NCBI GenBank assembly: GCA_016707685.1
Contig: JADJHE010000004.1
Coordinates: 60,007-124,006 of the forward strand
Direction: 5' to 3'
DNA length: 64,000 nt
Source: Bacteroidota bacterium
Lineage (GTDB): Bacteria > Bacteroidota > Bacteroidia > 2-12-FULL-35-15
Of this stretch, positions 9,834 to 20,696 are shown in pieces. The stretch's first letter is position 1. Every line of letters starts with the position of its first letter. The notes below the pieces were generated by a model that was not told where the DNA came from, did no database searches, and saw only the letters and a program-made list of their open reading frames with translations. Made by a program: the position numbers and the translations under genes.

Positions 9834-9864
9834 AAATATACGAATTGAATCTGATTTTTCAAAG
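9834..9864 (-). promoter_or_regulatory. minus-strand promoter for the 8716..9782 gene (-33 TTTG = plus 9861-9864, 19-nt spacer, -7 TATATTTG = plus 9834-9841)
   Basis: The reverse complement reads cTTTGaaaaatcagattcaattcgTATATTTG, about 50 nt upstream of the ATG at 9782. Confidence 0.5.
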
Positions 9865-9878
9865 CTATTCAGCCAAAA

Positions 9879-12752
9879 TTATACAAGTTCTGCATCGGCA
9901 TAAAATTCAATCGGAGGACAAGCACAAATTAGGTTTCTATCACCGTGTGCATTATCAACTCTAGCTACGCTTGGCCAAAATTTAGCATCTTTTACCCATT
10001 TTAATGGATAAACCGCTTTTTCGCGGCTGTATGCATGATTCCAATCATCTGTGATAACAGATTTAGCTGTATGCGGTGCATTTTTAATTACATTATCTTC
10101 TTTATCTGATTTCCCAGCAATAATCTCATCAATTTCATTTTTTATAGAAATCATAGCAGAACAAAAACGATCCAACTCTTCTTTACTTTCACTTTCTGTT
10201 GGTTCAACCATCAATGTATCGTGAACTGGGAAAGAAACTGTTGGAGCATGGAAACCATAATCCATTAAACGTTTTGCAATATCTCCAACCTCAATTCCTG
10301 CCTCACGTTTAAATGAAACACAATCCAAAATCATTTCATGTGCACAACGACCATTTTTACCGCTATACAATGTCTGATAATGACCCGCTAATTGTTCTTT
10401 AATATAATTTGCATTCAAAATAGCAATTTTAGTTGCTTCTGTTACTCCATCACCACCCAACATTTTTATGTACCCATAAGAGATCAACAAAATCAATGCA
10501 CTTCCAAATGGAGCAGCAGATACTGCATGAATACCTTTTTCCCCACCTGTTTTAACTACCGAATGTGATGGTAAAAATGGCACTAACTGTTTTGCTACTC
10601 CAATTGGGCCCATCCCTGGACCGCCTCCACCGTGAGGAATAGCAAATGTTTTGTGTAAATTCAAATGGCAAACATCTGCGCCAATATTTCCTGGACTTGT
10701 TAAACCTACTTGTGCATTCATATTTGCACCGTCCATGTATACTTGTCCTCCATTTTCATGGATAATATTGGTAATTTCAATGATGCTTTCTTCATATACA
10801 CCATGTGTACTTGGGTAAGTAACCATTAAACATGCTAAATTATCCTTGTGTAAAACTGCTTTTTCACGCATATCATTCACATCGATATTTCCTTTTTCAT
10901 CACATTTAACCAACACGATTTTCATCCCACACATTGCAGCACTTGCTGGATTTGTTCCATGTGCAGATGTAGGAATCAATGCAATATTTCTGTGAGTATC
11001 TCCTCTTGATTCATGGTATGCTTTAATTACCAACAAACCTGCATACTCCCCTTGAGCACCAGAATTTGGTTGAAAACTCATTTTTGCAAAACCTGTAATT
11101 TCACTTAATGATTTATCCAAATCGTCTATCATTTCAATAAATCCAGCTGCTTGATCAACAGGTACAAAAGGATGAATATTTGCAAACTCTGGCCAAGTAA
11201 TAGGCATTAATTCAGATGCTGCATTTAATTTCATAGTACAAGAGCCTAAGGAAATCATGGAATGTGTCAATGATAAATCTTTGTTCTCTAAACGTTTAAT
11301 ATAACGCATCATCTCTGATTCAGAATGATACATATTAAATATTGGATGAGCTAAAATTGCAGAACTACGAACTGAAACAATCGACTTTCCTGCAAAAACA
11401 TTTTCTTGCGTTAATATTGCTCCCTGTTTTCCTGCAGCTTTTGCAAACACATCAACAACAGCATTCAAATCATCAGCATCTGTTGTTTGATCCAACGATA
11501 TGGATAATCCTGAATCTGTGTAGCGGAAATTAATTTGTGCCGCTTCTGCTAACTGCTTAATTTTTGCGTTATCTGTTCCATTAATTTTAATGGTATCAAA
11601 ATACACTCCTTCTTGAACTGTATAGCCTAATTTTTTCAATTCGGTTGCTAATGCAACAGCCGACAAATGCACTTGCTCAGCAATTCCTTTTAATCCTTGC
11701 GGACCATGATAAACAGCATACATACTTGCCATAATCGCTAACAATGCTTGTGCTGTACAAATATTTGATGTTGCTTTATCTCTACGAATGTGTTGCTCAC
11801 GAGTTTGCAAAGCCATGCGCAATGCAGGGTTTCCTTGTGCATCCACAGAAACGCCAATGATTCTACCTGGTAAAATGCGTTTGTATTCTTCGCGACAAGC
11901 AAAAAATGCTGCATGAGGTCCACCATACCCCATCGGAACACCGAAACGTTGTGTATTCCCAACAACAACATCCGCACCCCACTCGCCCGGAGGTGTTAAC
12001 ATCACTAAGCTCAAAACGTCAGCTGCAACTGCAATTGCTATTCCATTTGTTTTTGCATTTTTAACAAAATCAGCATAGTTATTTACTATTCCATCAATTG
12101 TTGGGTATTGTAGCAATGCTCCATAAACACTAGCATCCAACACTTGTGTTTTCCAATCACCTATTATTAATTCAATCCCCAAAGGAGTTGAACGTGTTTT
12201 TAATAAATCAATCGTTTGAGGAAAACATTCATTTGAAACAAAAAATTTAGTTGCGCCATTTTTAACAGCATCTCTCGAACGATTGTTATAAAGCATGGTC
12301 ATTGCTTCTGCTGCTGCAGTTGCTTCATCCAACAAAGATGCATTTGCAATTTCCATTCCCGTCAAATCCATAATCATGGTTTGGTAGTTTAACAACGCTT
12401 CTAATCGACCTTGTGCAATCTCTGCTTGATAAGGAGTATAAGCGGTATACCAGCCTGGATTTTCTAAAATATTTCGTTGAACAACTGGAGGTACAATTGT
12501 ATTGTTATACCCCAATCCTATGTATGTTTTAAATACTTTATTTTTTGATGCTAATTTTCTTAAGTGCTTATGATACGCATACTCCGTCATTCCTTTTGGT
12601 AAATTCAAAGGAGCTTTCAAACGTATAGCAGAAGGTATCGTCTGGTTAATTAATTCGTCTACAGAACTTACATTTATTTTAGCAAGCATTGCTGTAACAT
12701 CATTTGCACGTGGACCGTTATGGCGGTTCACAAATTTATCAGTAGTAATCAT
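9879..12752 (-). CDS. gcvP: glycine dehydrogenase (decarboxylating), glycine cleavage system P protein
   Basis: 957-aa single-chain GcvP with the characteristic N-terminus [19 protein letters not shown] and a PLP-binding region. Confidence 0.97.
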   Translation of the reverse strand: MITTDKFVNRHNGPRANDVTAMLAKINVSSVDELINQTIPSAIRLKAPLNLPKGMTEYAYHKHLRKLASKNKVFKTYIGLGYNNTIVPPVVQRNILENPGWYTAYTPYQAEIAQGRLEALLNYQTMIMDLTGMEIANASLLDEATAAAEAMTMLYNNRSRDAVKNGATKFFVSNECFPQTIDLLKTRSTPLGIELIIGDWKTQVLDASVYGALLQYPTIDGIVNNYADFVKNAKTNGIAIAVAADVLSLVMLTPPGEWGADVVVGNTQRFGVPMGYGGPHAAFFACREEYKRILPGRIIGVSVDAQGNPALRMALQTREQHIRRDKATSNICTAQALLAIMASMYAVYHGPQGLKGIAEQVHLSAVALATELKKLGYTVQEGVYFDTIKINGTDNAKIKQLAEAAQINFRYTDSGLSISLDQTTDADDLNAVVDVFAKAAGKQGAILTQENVFAGKSIVSVRSSAILAHPIFNMYHSESEMMRYIKRLENKDLSLTHSMISLGSCTMKLNAASELMPITWPEFANIHPFVPVDQAAGFIEMIDDLDKSLSEITGFAKMSFQPNSGAQGEYAGLLVIKAYHESRGDTHRNIALIPTSAHGTNPASAAMCGMKIVLVKCDEKGNIDVNDMREKAVLHKDNLACLMVTYPSTHGVYEESIIEITNIIHENGGQVYMDGANMNAQVGLTSPGNIGADVCHLNLHKTFAIPHGGGGPGMGPIGVAKQLVPFLPSHSVVKTGGEKGIHAVSAAPFGSALILLISYGYIKMLGGDGVTEATKIAILNANYIKEQLAGHYQTLYSGKNGRCAHEMILDCVSFKREAGIEVGDIAKRLMDYGFHAPTVSFPVHDTLMVEPTESESKEELDRFCSAMISIKNEIDEIIAGKSDKEDNVIKNAPHTAKSVITDDWNHAYSREKAVYPLKWVKDAKFWPSVARVDNAHGDRNLICACPPIEFYADAELV

Positions 12753-12877
12753 TTTTTGATTTTTGTTTTAGGGACACAAATATACGGATTTAAGAACTTT
12801 ATTTTTCTCATTTTATTAACAAACAAACAAATAAACAGTCCGTATGTTTCAGAATGGTTATATTTGATAAATAAAAC

Positions 12878-13515
12878 ATGATTTTTATGATTAAAAGGAG
12901 CATCATCGCATTCGCAACTATCTGTATTTCTTTTATTTCGATAGCTCAAGAACAAAAGGATACTTTATTATTATTGAATGGAACAACTATTATCTCTACT
13001 ATTGTTGATACTACCAATGGTGTTACTACTATAAAAGACCTAAAAAACCGGGCAAAAATATTGTTATCGAAAATGATCGTATTTTCTCCATTAAAAATGC
13101 CTCTGGAGAACAAGTTTTATATGTTTACGATACATTAGTTGGCAATGAATTTACGGAAGAGGAGATGAGGTATTACATCAAAGGTGAACAAGATGCTGAA
13201 AAAGGATTCAAATCTCCGGGAGCACTTTATGGAAACTTGGCACTAGGATTAGCATCGGGATTAACAGGTAGCTTTTTTTGTCCAATACCACCATTTGCTT
13301 TTATTGCATTATCGGGATTACCAAAAGTAAAAATAAGACACAGCACAGTTTCCAACATTGAATACCTAAAACAAGATGCCTACATCATGGGCTATGAAAG
13401 AGTGGCTAGAAAAAAACGGAAATTCCAATCCATGATTGGCGGAGGTGTTGGACTTGTTGTTGGGCTTGGCACCTATGGTGTATTAAAAAGCACAGGCAAC
13501 GAAATCATAAAATAA
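12878..13515 (+). CDS. exported hypothetical protein; two ORFs joined by a frameshift in the A6 run at 13043-13048
   Basis: ORF1 carries a signal peptide (SIIAFATICISFISIAQEQ). The adjacent frame reads KNIVIENDRIFSIKNASGEQVLYVYDTLVGNEFTEEEMRYYIKGEQDAEKGF continuously into ORF2. Making A6 into A7 restores a single ~210-aa ORF. Confidence 0.5.
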
Positions 13516-13547
13516 AAATTGATAAAATTTCCTTTCGGAAATTTAGC

Positions 13548-14372
13548 ATGAACAGCATTAAACGCTTTATTAACTTTTTACTTTTCGGCAATATATACAT
13601 TGCTTTAGGGGCTTTTTTTCTAACTCAATCTACTATCATTGAGCTAAAACTTAATCTGCCTATCAGTTATTCTATTCTTGTATTTTTTTCAACACTTTTT
13701 ATCTATAATTTTCAACGGATATTTTACAAAACACCTACCAACTCTCAACCAATATCTGTTCGAAGAAAATGGATTTCTGAAAATCAAAAAAACAATTATA
13801 GCCTTAGCAATGATAGGATTAATCGGAGTTGTGTCAAGCTTGTTTTATTGCGACAAAAAGCAATCCTTTACCTTTCTCCACTTTGCATTCTAAGCATAGG
13901 CTATTTTTTCCATCTGTTCAACTACGAAAATTTACGCTGTTAAAAATTTTCATTTTAGTTTTGGTCTGGACAGCAAACATGCTATATCATTCCAATTTTA
14001 TTGTCGAACACTATTTTCTCATCCTTAAATTTCATTTACACGCTTTCGGGCTTTTGCTTTATGGCAGCAATCTGTTTACCATTCGACAATAGAGATATTG
14101 AAATTGATAAAAAAGAAAACATAAAAACACTTGCAGTTTTGTTTGGATCAAAACGTGTTAATCTAATAGCATTCATTTTTTCACTACTGTACTTAACATT
14201 CTTAATTATAACTGAAGTCGATTCAATCATCTTTACAATCAATTTGATTGTGTTTTTAGCTTGTACTCTATTTATTCTCAAAAACAATAATCCCCGCAAT
14301 GAGTATTACTACACTGCAGGGATTGATGGAATATTGCTGTTAAAAGGAATTCTTTGCTATACCTTAATTTAA
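13548..14372 (+). pseudogene. UbiA-family aromatic prenyltransferase broken into four overlapping frames (at least 3 frame disruptions)
   Basis: Hydrophobic polytopic segments lie in all four ORFs (13548..13943, 13678..13893, 13829..14092, 14001..14372). The last carries a UbiA-like Asp-rich motif PFDNRDIEIDKKENIKTLAVLFG. Confidence 0.45.
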
Positions 14373-15814
14373 AACCTTACACCTAGCGAAAGCATAAAAC
14401 TGGAATTGGTATATTTATTTTCAACAGCATTTGTTATACTTGGGTTATACAAATAATTATTTTGACTATACATGGTATACACATAAGCAAAGTCTAAGAA
14501 ATAATTATTTTCTCTAAAACCAACACCTGCAGAATAACTCGAGCGTGTTGCATTTTTATTCTCTCCATTTTTAAAAGGACTACCATAAAGTGCATAGCCT
14601 AATCGAACGGCAAAAGGATCTAAACGAACTTCACCACCAAAACGTAAATTATTCGTAGATGTGTAGTTTGAACGAATCATAGTATTCACTTCTGCAAAAA
14701 CATTTGGGTTGGAACTCAAACGAGCATCACTGTAATCAACATATTCATATTCGGCATTTAACACCGCAATTTTATTAATAATAAAACCAGCACTTGCTAT
14801 CGCTCTAAATGGCGTAGTAACAGCATAATCAAACACTCCATTTTCCGATGCTTCGTCATACTTATTATTGCCTTCCAAATCAGATTTCATACTGCTACTA
14901 TATTCATCTTTTAGTATAATTGAAGTTGGTGTATGGATAGCACCGCCAACTCTAAACCAGTCGGTAGCCTTGTAAATAAACCCAATCTTCAAATTGATTC
15001 CATTGCCTTGTGTATTCAAATTTTGTGTGTACGAAAAGGATTTAAAATTCGCGATGGTATCTTTCTCATCTATTTCTTCATAAACAGATTCCTCATTATA
15101 TCGAACACGTACAACACCAATTGTACCTCCTAAAAACAATTTATTTTTATAATTACCACCAAAACTAATTGCTGTTTCTCCCATAGAACCTCTTGTTTCT
15201 ACCGACTTTCGTTGTAACTCACCATAATTCGAAATCACATGATTATAATTCAACGAATCGCCTGCAATTGGATTTATCAACCAAGCTTTCCATGCTAATC
15301 CTGTAGAAAATCCATCAAAATCGGTATCAGGGTGACCATTTGCATTTGCTACAAAAACATCCAACAACGAACTAGTAGTGTTGTATGATTCTACAATACT
15401 TCTTGAATGAAAACTATTCGTTCGGTTATAACCTAAACCAAAATTAAGTGAAACCCAGCCTTTGCTTTTTTCTTCATTTAGCTGAAAACTCGCAACCAAT
15501 CCAATATTACCAAGGTTGAAATTTAATTTTTGATCGGACGTAATGGAACTATTGTAATTAGATGTTGTTGTTTGTGAGAAAACAGAAGGAGTGATTGACA
15601 ATTCTGTTTTTCTAAAAATAGCAATTCCAGCGGGGTTAAAACTCAAAGTAGAAATATCACCTCCGAGAGCACCCATTGAGCCTGCCATTGAAGCAAAACG
15701 AGCTGTACCACCAAAAGTAAGCTGGGAATAACGCATGGCATCAATATCATTTTGAGAAAATGAAAGCGATGCAAAAAATTGCATTACCATTAAAGTTAAA
15801 ATATATTTTTTCAT
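14369..15814 (-). CDS. FadL/TodX (OMPP1)-family outer-membrane beta-barrel
   Basis: Signal peptide and the N-terminal family signature GTARFASMAGSMGALGGDISTLSFNPAGIAIF. 481 aa, ends in F, aromatic-rich beta strands. Confidence 0.5.
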   Translation of the reverse strand: MKKYILTLMVMQFFASLSFSQNDIDAMRYSQLTFGGTARFASMAGSMGALGGDISTLSFNPAGIAIFRKTELSITPSVFSQTTTSNYNSSITSDQKLNFNLGNIGLVASFQLNEEKSKGWVSLNFGLGYNRTNSFHSRSIVESYNTTSSLLDVFVANANGHPDTDFDGFSTGLAWKAWLINPIAGDSLNYNHVISNYGELQRKSVETRGSMGETAISFGGNYKNKLFLGGTIGVVRVRYNEESVYEEIDEKDTIANFKSFSYTQNLNTQGNGINLKIGFIYKATDWFRVGGAIHTPTSIILKDEYSSSMKSDLEGNNKYDEASENGVFDYAVTTPFRAIASAGFIINKIAVLNAEYEYVDYSDARLSSNPNVFAEVNTMIRSNYTSTNNLRFGGEVRLDPFAVRLGYALYGSPFKNGENKNATRSSYSAGVGFRENNYFLDFAYVYTMYSQNNYLYNPSITNAVENKYTNSSFMLSLGVRF

Positions 15815-15879
15815 TTTATAGAATATTAATTAAATGATAAGCGAATTAGTTATTCGCTTATCATTTTGACTAGTATAGA

Positions 15880-17103
15880 TTATCGTTTACGAGGTTGTGG
15901 AGCTGGGCTAGGACTGTTGCTTCGTGGCACAGAAGGAGATGGTGTACTTTTAGGCATGTCAAATTTCGGCTGCTCCGTACGTGGTTTCGGCTGGTCATAA
16001 ACAGGCTGTTGAGGCTTGTTTTGAGAATCGTTATCACGTGGTTTATCGTTTTGATAAGTTGGTTTAGAAGGTTTTGTATCATCTATTTTGATTTGCTTTG
16101 AATCCGTTGGTTTATTATTTGGTTTCGAATAATAGTCATCTTTTGCATTTGTATTTTCTGGACGTGTATAGCCATCTGACTTATCAGGTCTAACAGATGG
16201 ATTTACAGGCTTAAAGCCTGGATTTGGTGTTGATGTTGGCTTGTTAGGCTTAGACATATAATCTGTTACAGTTGTTGATGCTGCATACGGATTATTATCT
16301 CTGCCCATTGTAGCCTCAAATGGTTTAGCTGTTTCCTTTTCAATTGCAGTTACATATCTGCTAGCAAGCGATGGTTGTGATGTGGAACGACTATTTGAAC
16401 TAAATGATTGTCGTGGTCCATAATAGTAGCTGTTATTATCATAACTATTGAAATAGTTATTGTCGTAATAACCATTGTAATACCCATTATAATAACCATT
16501 ATAATATCCATTCATGTATGGATTATATCCATAATAACCGTATGGATTGTACGCATAGGGGTTGTAATATCCATAAGGATTATACCAAGGGTCGTAGCCC
16601 CAACCATAACTAGAATACCATGAATAACTTGGATAATAACTATAAGCTACATAGCTCGGCCCCAAAAAATTATAACCCATATACACACTTGTGCCATAGT
16701 TATAAGGATTTCCACTATACCAGTAAGAGTTAGTGTAGTAATTATCATAATACCCATAACTACCACAATCGTTGTGGAATCGTCTTAAACGAGTAGCATA
16801 TTCATAATCATAATAATCGTCTGGATTGAATGGTTCCTCTTGAACAACCTCTACTTGTTTTTTTGATGAATAGTAATCATCATTAGTAGACGATTGTTGT
16901 GCTTGTTCAGCAGCAAGTTTATCGGCTTCCGCCTTTGCTCTCGCTTGAGCTGCTGCTACTCTTGCTTTTTCTTTGTCGGCAACAGCATCTTTCGAAGAAT
17001 AATAAATATCATCTTCGTAACTTTTTGATGTTAATCCGCTTGGTGTAGTACATGCCGAAAAGATGGATGCGAATAAAACCAAGATTGCTAAATACTTTTT
17101 CAT
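15880..17103 (-). CDS. lipoprotein with Ala/Gln/Lys helical segment, extreme Tyr/Asn/Gly/Pro-rich low-complexity core and Pro/Lys/Ser/Thr-rich C-terminal tail
   Basis: Lipobox LFASIFSAC. Residues ~96-229 are about 40% Tyr (NPYGYYNPYAYNPYGYYGYNPYMNGYYNGYYNGYYNGYYDNNYF). The C-terminal ~170 aa are a PKPST-rich disordered region. Confidence 0.7.
   Translation of the reverse strand: MKKYLAILVLFASIFSACTTPSGLTSKSYEDDIYYSSKDAVADKEKARVAAAQARAKAEADKLAAEQAQQSSTNDDYYSSKKQVEVVQEEPFNPDDYYDYEYATRLRRFHNDCGSYGYYDNYYTNSYWYSGNPYNYGTSVYMGYNFLGPSYVAYSYYPSYSWYSSYGWGYDPWYNPYGYYNPYAYNPYGYYGYNPYMNGYYNGYYNGYYNGYYDNNYFNSYDNNSYYYGPRQSFSSNSRSTSQPSLASRYVTAIEKETAKPFEATMGRDNNPYAASTTVTDYMSKPNKPTSTPNPGFKPVNPSVRPDKSDGYTRPENTNAKDDYYSKPNNKPTDSKQIKIDDTKPSKPTYQNDKPRDNDSQNKPQQPVYDQPKPRTEQPKFDMPKSTPSPSVPRSNSPSPAPQPRKR
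16417..16818 (-). repeat. coding tandem/low-complexity repeat (imperfect ATAATAACCATT-type units on the plus strand) encoding the YYNGYY/NPYGYY array
   Basis: The plus strand 16470-16520 reads ccattgtaatacccattataataaccattataatatccatt. It encodes a repetitive Tyr-rich segment on the minus strand. Confidence 0.6.
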
Positions 17104-17249
17104 TATTTAGATTATTAAATAATATGGGGATGCTGATTAAATCAATTTATATTTTGACAAACGAAAATGGCATAGGTTTATTTTCTATTTTTGCCGAACG
17201 TTTATACATAGGATAAAGTTACAAATACTATACCACAATACATAAATTT

Positions 17250-18727
17250 ATGAGTAAAGAATTACCAACCAGAGAAGCAAATTATAGCGAATGGTACAAC
17301 GAGCTAGTAAACAAGGCTGATTTAGCAGAACATTCTGCTGTAAAGGGATGTATGGTAATAAAACCATATGGATATGCTATATGGGAAAAGATGCAGCAAG
17401 CTTTGGATAAGATGTTTAAAGAAACTGGACATGAGAATGCTTATTTCCCATTATTTGTGCCCAAAAGCTTGTTTGAAGCAGAAGAAACAAATGCCGAAGG
17501 ATTTGCAAAAGAATGCGCTGTTGTTACACATTACCGTTTAAAATCGGATCCTAATAATCCAGGAAAACTAATTGTTGACCCAGAAGCAAAATTAACTGAA
17601 GAATTAATTGTTCGCCCTACCAGTGAAGCTATCATTTGGAATACCTACAAAGGATGGATTCAATCGTACCGCGATTTACCAATTTTGATTAACCAATGGG
17701 CTAATGTTGTTCGCTGGGAAATGCGTACACGTTTATTTTTGCGTACAGCCGAATTTTTATGGCAAGAAGGGCATACTGCACATGCTAGTAAAGCAGAAGC
17801 AATTGAAGAAACGGAGAAAATGCTTGGCGTTTATTCAACATTTGCAGAAACATTTATGGCAATGCCAGTTATTAAAGGATTAAAAACTCCGAATGAACGT
17901 TTTGCTGGCGCTGATGAAACCTATTGCATTGAGCAATGATGCAAGATGGAAAAGCTTTGCAAGCAGGAACATCGCACTTTTTAGGACAAAATTTCGCAAA
18001 AGCATTTGATGTTAAGTTTGCAAACAAAGAAGGCAAACAAGATTTTGTGTGGGCTACTTCTTGGGGAGTTTCAACACGTTTAATGGGTGCTTTAATCATG
18101 TCACATTCAGATGACAAAGGATTGGTATTACCTCCCAAATTAGCACCCTTCCAAGTAGTAATTGTTCCAATTTACAAAGGAGAAGAGCAATTAGCACAAA
18201 TAGACGAAGTAGCTCATAGAATGAAAAAAAACATGGAAGCAAAGGGCATTTCGGTTAAATACGACAATCGTGATACACAGCGCCCTGGTTGGAAATTTGC
18301 AGAATACGAATTAAAAGGCGTGCCTGTTCGAATAGCAATTGGTGGAAGAGATTTGGAAAACGGAACCGTAGAAGTTGCTCGTAGAGATACAATGGAGAAA
18401 GAAACCTTGCAACAAGCAGATATCGAAAATAAAGTAGCACATTTGTTGGAACAAATTCAAGACAATCTTTATCAAAAAGCATTGTCGATGCGCGAAACAA
18501 GAACATATACTGCCGATACCTACGATGAATTTAAGCGAATATTAGAAGAAACACCAGGTTTTGTGATGGCACACTGGGATGGAACAAGCGAAACAGAGCA
18601 AAAAATTAAGGAAGAAACAAAGGCAACAATACGTTGTATTCCACTAAACAATAAGCAAGAAGCTGGTAAATGTATTTTAACAGGCAAACCATCGACACAA
18701 CGAGTTGTTTTTGCGAAAGCATATTAA
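17250..18727 (+). CDS. proS: prolyl-tRNA synthetase (archaeal/eukaryal type), split by a 1-nt deletion at about 17933-17936
   Basis: ORF1 ends ...[14 protein letters not shown] and ORF2 starts [24 protein letters not shown]. Restoring one G (gag gca atg atg) gives the conserved [20 protein letters not shown] junction. Confidence 0.9.
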
Positions 18728-18739
18728 TACTTTAGCTAC

Positions 18740-19432
18740 ATGGAAAACCTATCAGCACGCGAATTGATTGTAAAAACACTTAAGGAAAAGTCGAGCCTTA
18801 AGCAAGATGTATATTACAATACCTTGAGTGCATTCAACACCTTGAAAACGGTGGCGAAGAGCTTAATAGGTGATTTACAGAAGGAAGCAAAAGTAATCGA
18901 CAAACGACTTATACTAGAATTTAAAGACAAAGGAGAATTCGAGTTTGAGTTACGTGTTGCTGGCGATTTATTAATATTTGTAATGCATACGAATGTGTTC
19001 GAATTTGATAAAAACCACTCTATTTGGAAAAATTCGTATGTAAAACAAGATATTAGCAGGTCTTATTGCGGATTGATTAATATCTACAACTTCTTAAACG
19101 ATTCGTTCAAATACAACAGAGTCAACGACTTAGGTTATGCTATTGGTCGAATTTTCATTAATAAAGAGAATCATTTCTTTGTTGAAGGGAAACGTCAGCT
19201 GGGTTTTTTATACAACGATATTGTTAATGCAACTTTGGAAGAAGAGAAAATAAAAGCCATTTTAGAGTCAGCAATCCTGTATTGCCTTGATTTTGACTTA
19301 TATACACCTCCATTTGACTCAATTAAAGAGATATCGGTGTTCGATATGCAAACGGCAAGTGAGAGCATGCAAATAAAAACTGGAAAACGTTTAGGCTTTC
19401 GTTTTCAGGCAGATAGTGATGAGATAGATTAA
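18740..19432 (+). CDS. hypothetical protein (230 aa), no recognisable domain
   Basis: Intact ORF 12 nt downstream of proS. Confidence 0.55.
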   Translation: MENLSARELIVKTLKEKSSLKQDVYYNTLSAFNTLKTVAKSLIGDLQKEAKVIDKRLILEFKDKGEFEFELRVAGDLLIFVMHTNVFEFDKNHSIWKNSYVKQDISRSYCGLINIYNFLNDSFKYNRVNDLGYAIGRIFINKENHFFVEGKRQLGFLYNDIVNATLEEEKIKAILESAILYCLDFDLYTPPFDSIKEISVFDMQTASESMQIKTGKRLGFRFQADSDEID

Positions 19433-19458
19433 TATTTTAGATTTTTTTGTCAATTTTT

Positions 19459-19489
19459 TTTGCAGAAATAGAATTTTAATATACATTTG
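19459..19489 (+). promoter_or_regulatory. promoter for tRNA-Glu (-33 TTTG 19459-19462, 19-nt spacer, -7 TACATTTG 19482-19489)
   Basis: Exact TTTG-N19-TAnnTTTG consensus 18 nt upstream of the tRNA 5' end. Confidence 0.55.
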
Positions 19490-19506
19490 CACTCCCAAAA
19501 ATAATT

Positions 19507-19578
19507 GGCCCGTTCGTCTAGGGGTTAGGACGCCAGGTTTTCATCCTGGAAACAGGGGTTCGATTCCCCTACGGGCTA
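19507..19578 (+). tRNA. tRNA-Glu (anticodon TTC)
   Basis: Cloverleaf with 7-bp acceptor stem ggcccgt/acgggct and anticodon stem ccagg/cctgg. The loop ttTTCat gives anticodon TTC. T-arm GGTTCGATTCC. No CCA encoded. Confidence 0.85.
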
Positions 19579-19630
19579 CAAAAAGTGAAATTAAACTTGT
19601 CAGTGAAGGCTGACATTAATAAATAAAAAG

Positions 19631-19888
19631 ATGGCAAACCATAAATCAAGTATCAAAAGAATACGTTCTAACGATGCTAAACGCTTAAGAAATCGTTACC
19701 AAGCTAAAACTATGCGTAATGCAATTAAGGATTTAAGAACTGATGATTCTAAAAAATCAGCTTCTGAAAAACTTCCTAAAGTAATTGCTATGGTAGATAA
19801 ATTAGCGAAGAAAAAATGTAATTCACAAAAACAAAGCGTCAAATTTGAAATCGAAGTTGACTAAAAAAGTGAACGCACTTACAAAATA
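19631..19888 (+). CDS. rpsT: 30S ribosomal protein S20, C-terminus frameshifted in the A6 run at 19811-19816
   Basis: [35 protein letters not shown]. The +1 frame after the A-run reads [24 protein letters not shown], the canonical S20 C-terminus. A5 instead of A6 restores it. Confidence 0.85.
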
Positions 19889-19922
19889 ATTTTTTTTAAT
19901 TATTTTACTTGAAATAAATAAA

Positions 19923-19951
19923 GGCTCTGCTTAACTGCGGAGCCTTTTTTT
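19923..19951 (+). terminator. rho-independent terminator after rpsT (ggctctgc/gcggagcc stem, T7 run)
   Basis: 8-bp stem with one G-U pair, a 6-nt loop, then ttttttt. Confidence 0.75.
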
Positions 19952-19974
19952 ATATCTTTAACCGAGTAAAATTT

Positions 19975-20673
19975 ATGGAAGAAATCAAACAATCATTCGG
20001 AATAAAGTCATGGGCAGAAGATGACCGCCCTCGGGAAAAACTAATCGGGAAAGGCCGACAAGTTTTGACCGATGCAGAATTGATTGCTATATTAATTGGC
20101 TCTGGAAATAGAGATGAAACAGCTGTTGAACTTTCTAAAAAAATTTTAGCAAGTACAGGAAACAATTTAAACGAATTAGGAAAGTTATCAATTAGCGACC
20201 TAACAAAATTTAAAGGCATTGGAGAAGCGAAAGCCATTAGCATTGTTGCTGCATTGGAATTGGGTAGACGAAGAAGGGAAACTGAAACGGTTAAACGAGA
20301 CAAAATAACCTGTAGCAAGGATGTATTTGATATCATGAAACCAATAATGCTTGACTTACCACACGAAGAGTTTTGGTTGTTGATTTTAAATCGTTCAAAT
20401 GCTGTAATTAAAAAAGAATTAATTAGCAGAGGTGGTGTTGCAGGAACAGTCGTTGACACTAAAATAATATTTAAAACAGCAGTCGAAAATTTAGCAAGCT
20501 CAATCATCATAAGCCATAATCATCCATCAGGAAATTTAAACCCGAGTGATGCTGATATTAAAATAACAAAGAATATAAAAGAAGCTGGAAAAATAATGGA
20601 TATACCACTTTTTGATCATCTCATTATAACAGACAAAGGTTATTATAGCTTTAATGATGAAGGAATACTTTAG
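19975..20673 (+). CDS. radC: RadC-like JAB/MPN domain protein (UPF0758)
   Basis: Helix-hairpin-helix N-terminus and the JAMM motif HNHPSGNLNPSDAD. Confidence 0.85.
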   Translation: MEEIKQSFGIKSWAEDDRPREKLIGKGRQVLTDAELIAILIGSGNRDETAVELSKKILASTGNNLNELGKLSISDLTKFKGIGEAKAISIVAALELGRRRRETETVKRDKITCSKDVFDIMKPIMLDLPHEEFWLLILNRSNAVIKKELISRGGVAGTVVDTKIIFKTAVENLASSIIISHNHPSGNLNPSDADIKITKNIKEAGKIMDIPLFDHLIITDKGYYSFNDEGIL

Positions 20674-20696
20674 AATAAATTAAAGAAAACAGGAAT

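Noticed and set aside
12777-12866. Candidate -7 boxes (reverse-complement TATATTTG at 12777-12784 for gcvP; TATATTTG at 12859-12866 for the divergent gene)
   Set aside because: No acceptable -33 TTTG lies at 17-23 nt spacing for either. I noted them as possible but did not call them as promoter features.
12749-12955. Minus-strand 68-aa ORF overlapping the gcvP start and the divergent gene
   Set aside because: It spans an intergenic promoter region and the 5' end of the plus-strand gene, has no supporting features, and is likely spurious.
16408-16623. Plus-strand ORF encoding a poly-Ile/Val peptide (IIVAVIIITIEIVIVVITIV...)
   Set aside because: It is the antisense reading of the Tyr/Asn/Gly repeat (TAT/AAT codons read backwards). 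It is an artefact of the repeat, not a membrane peptide.
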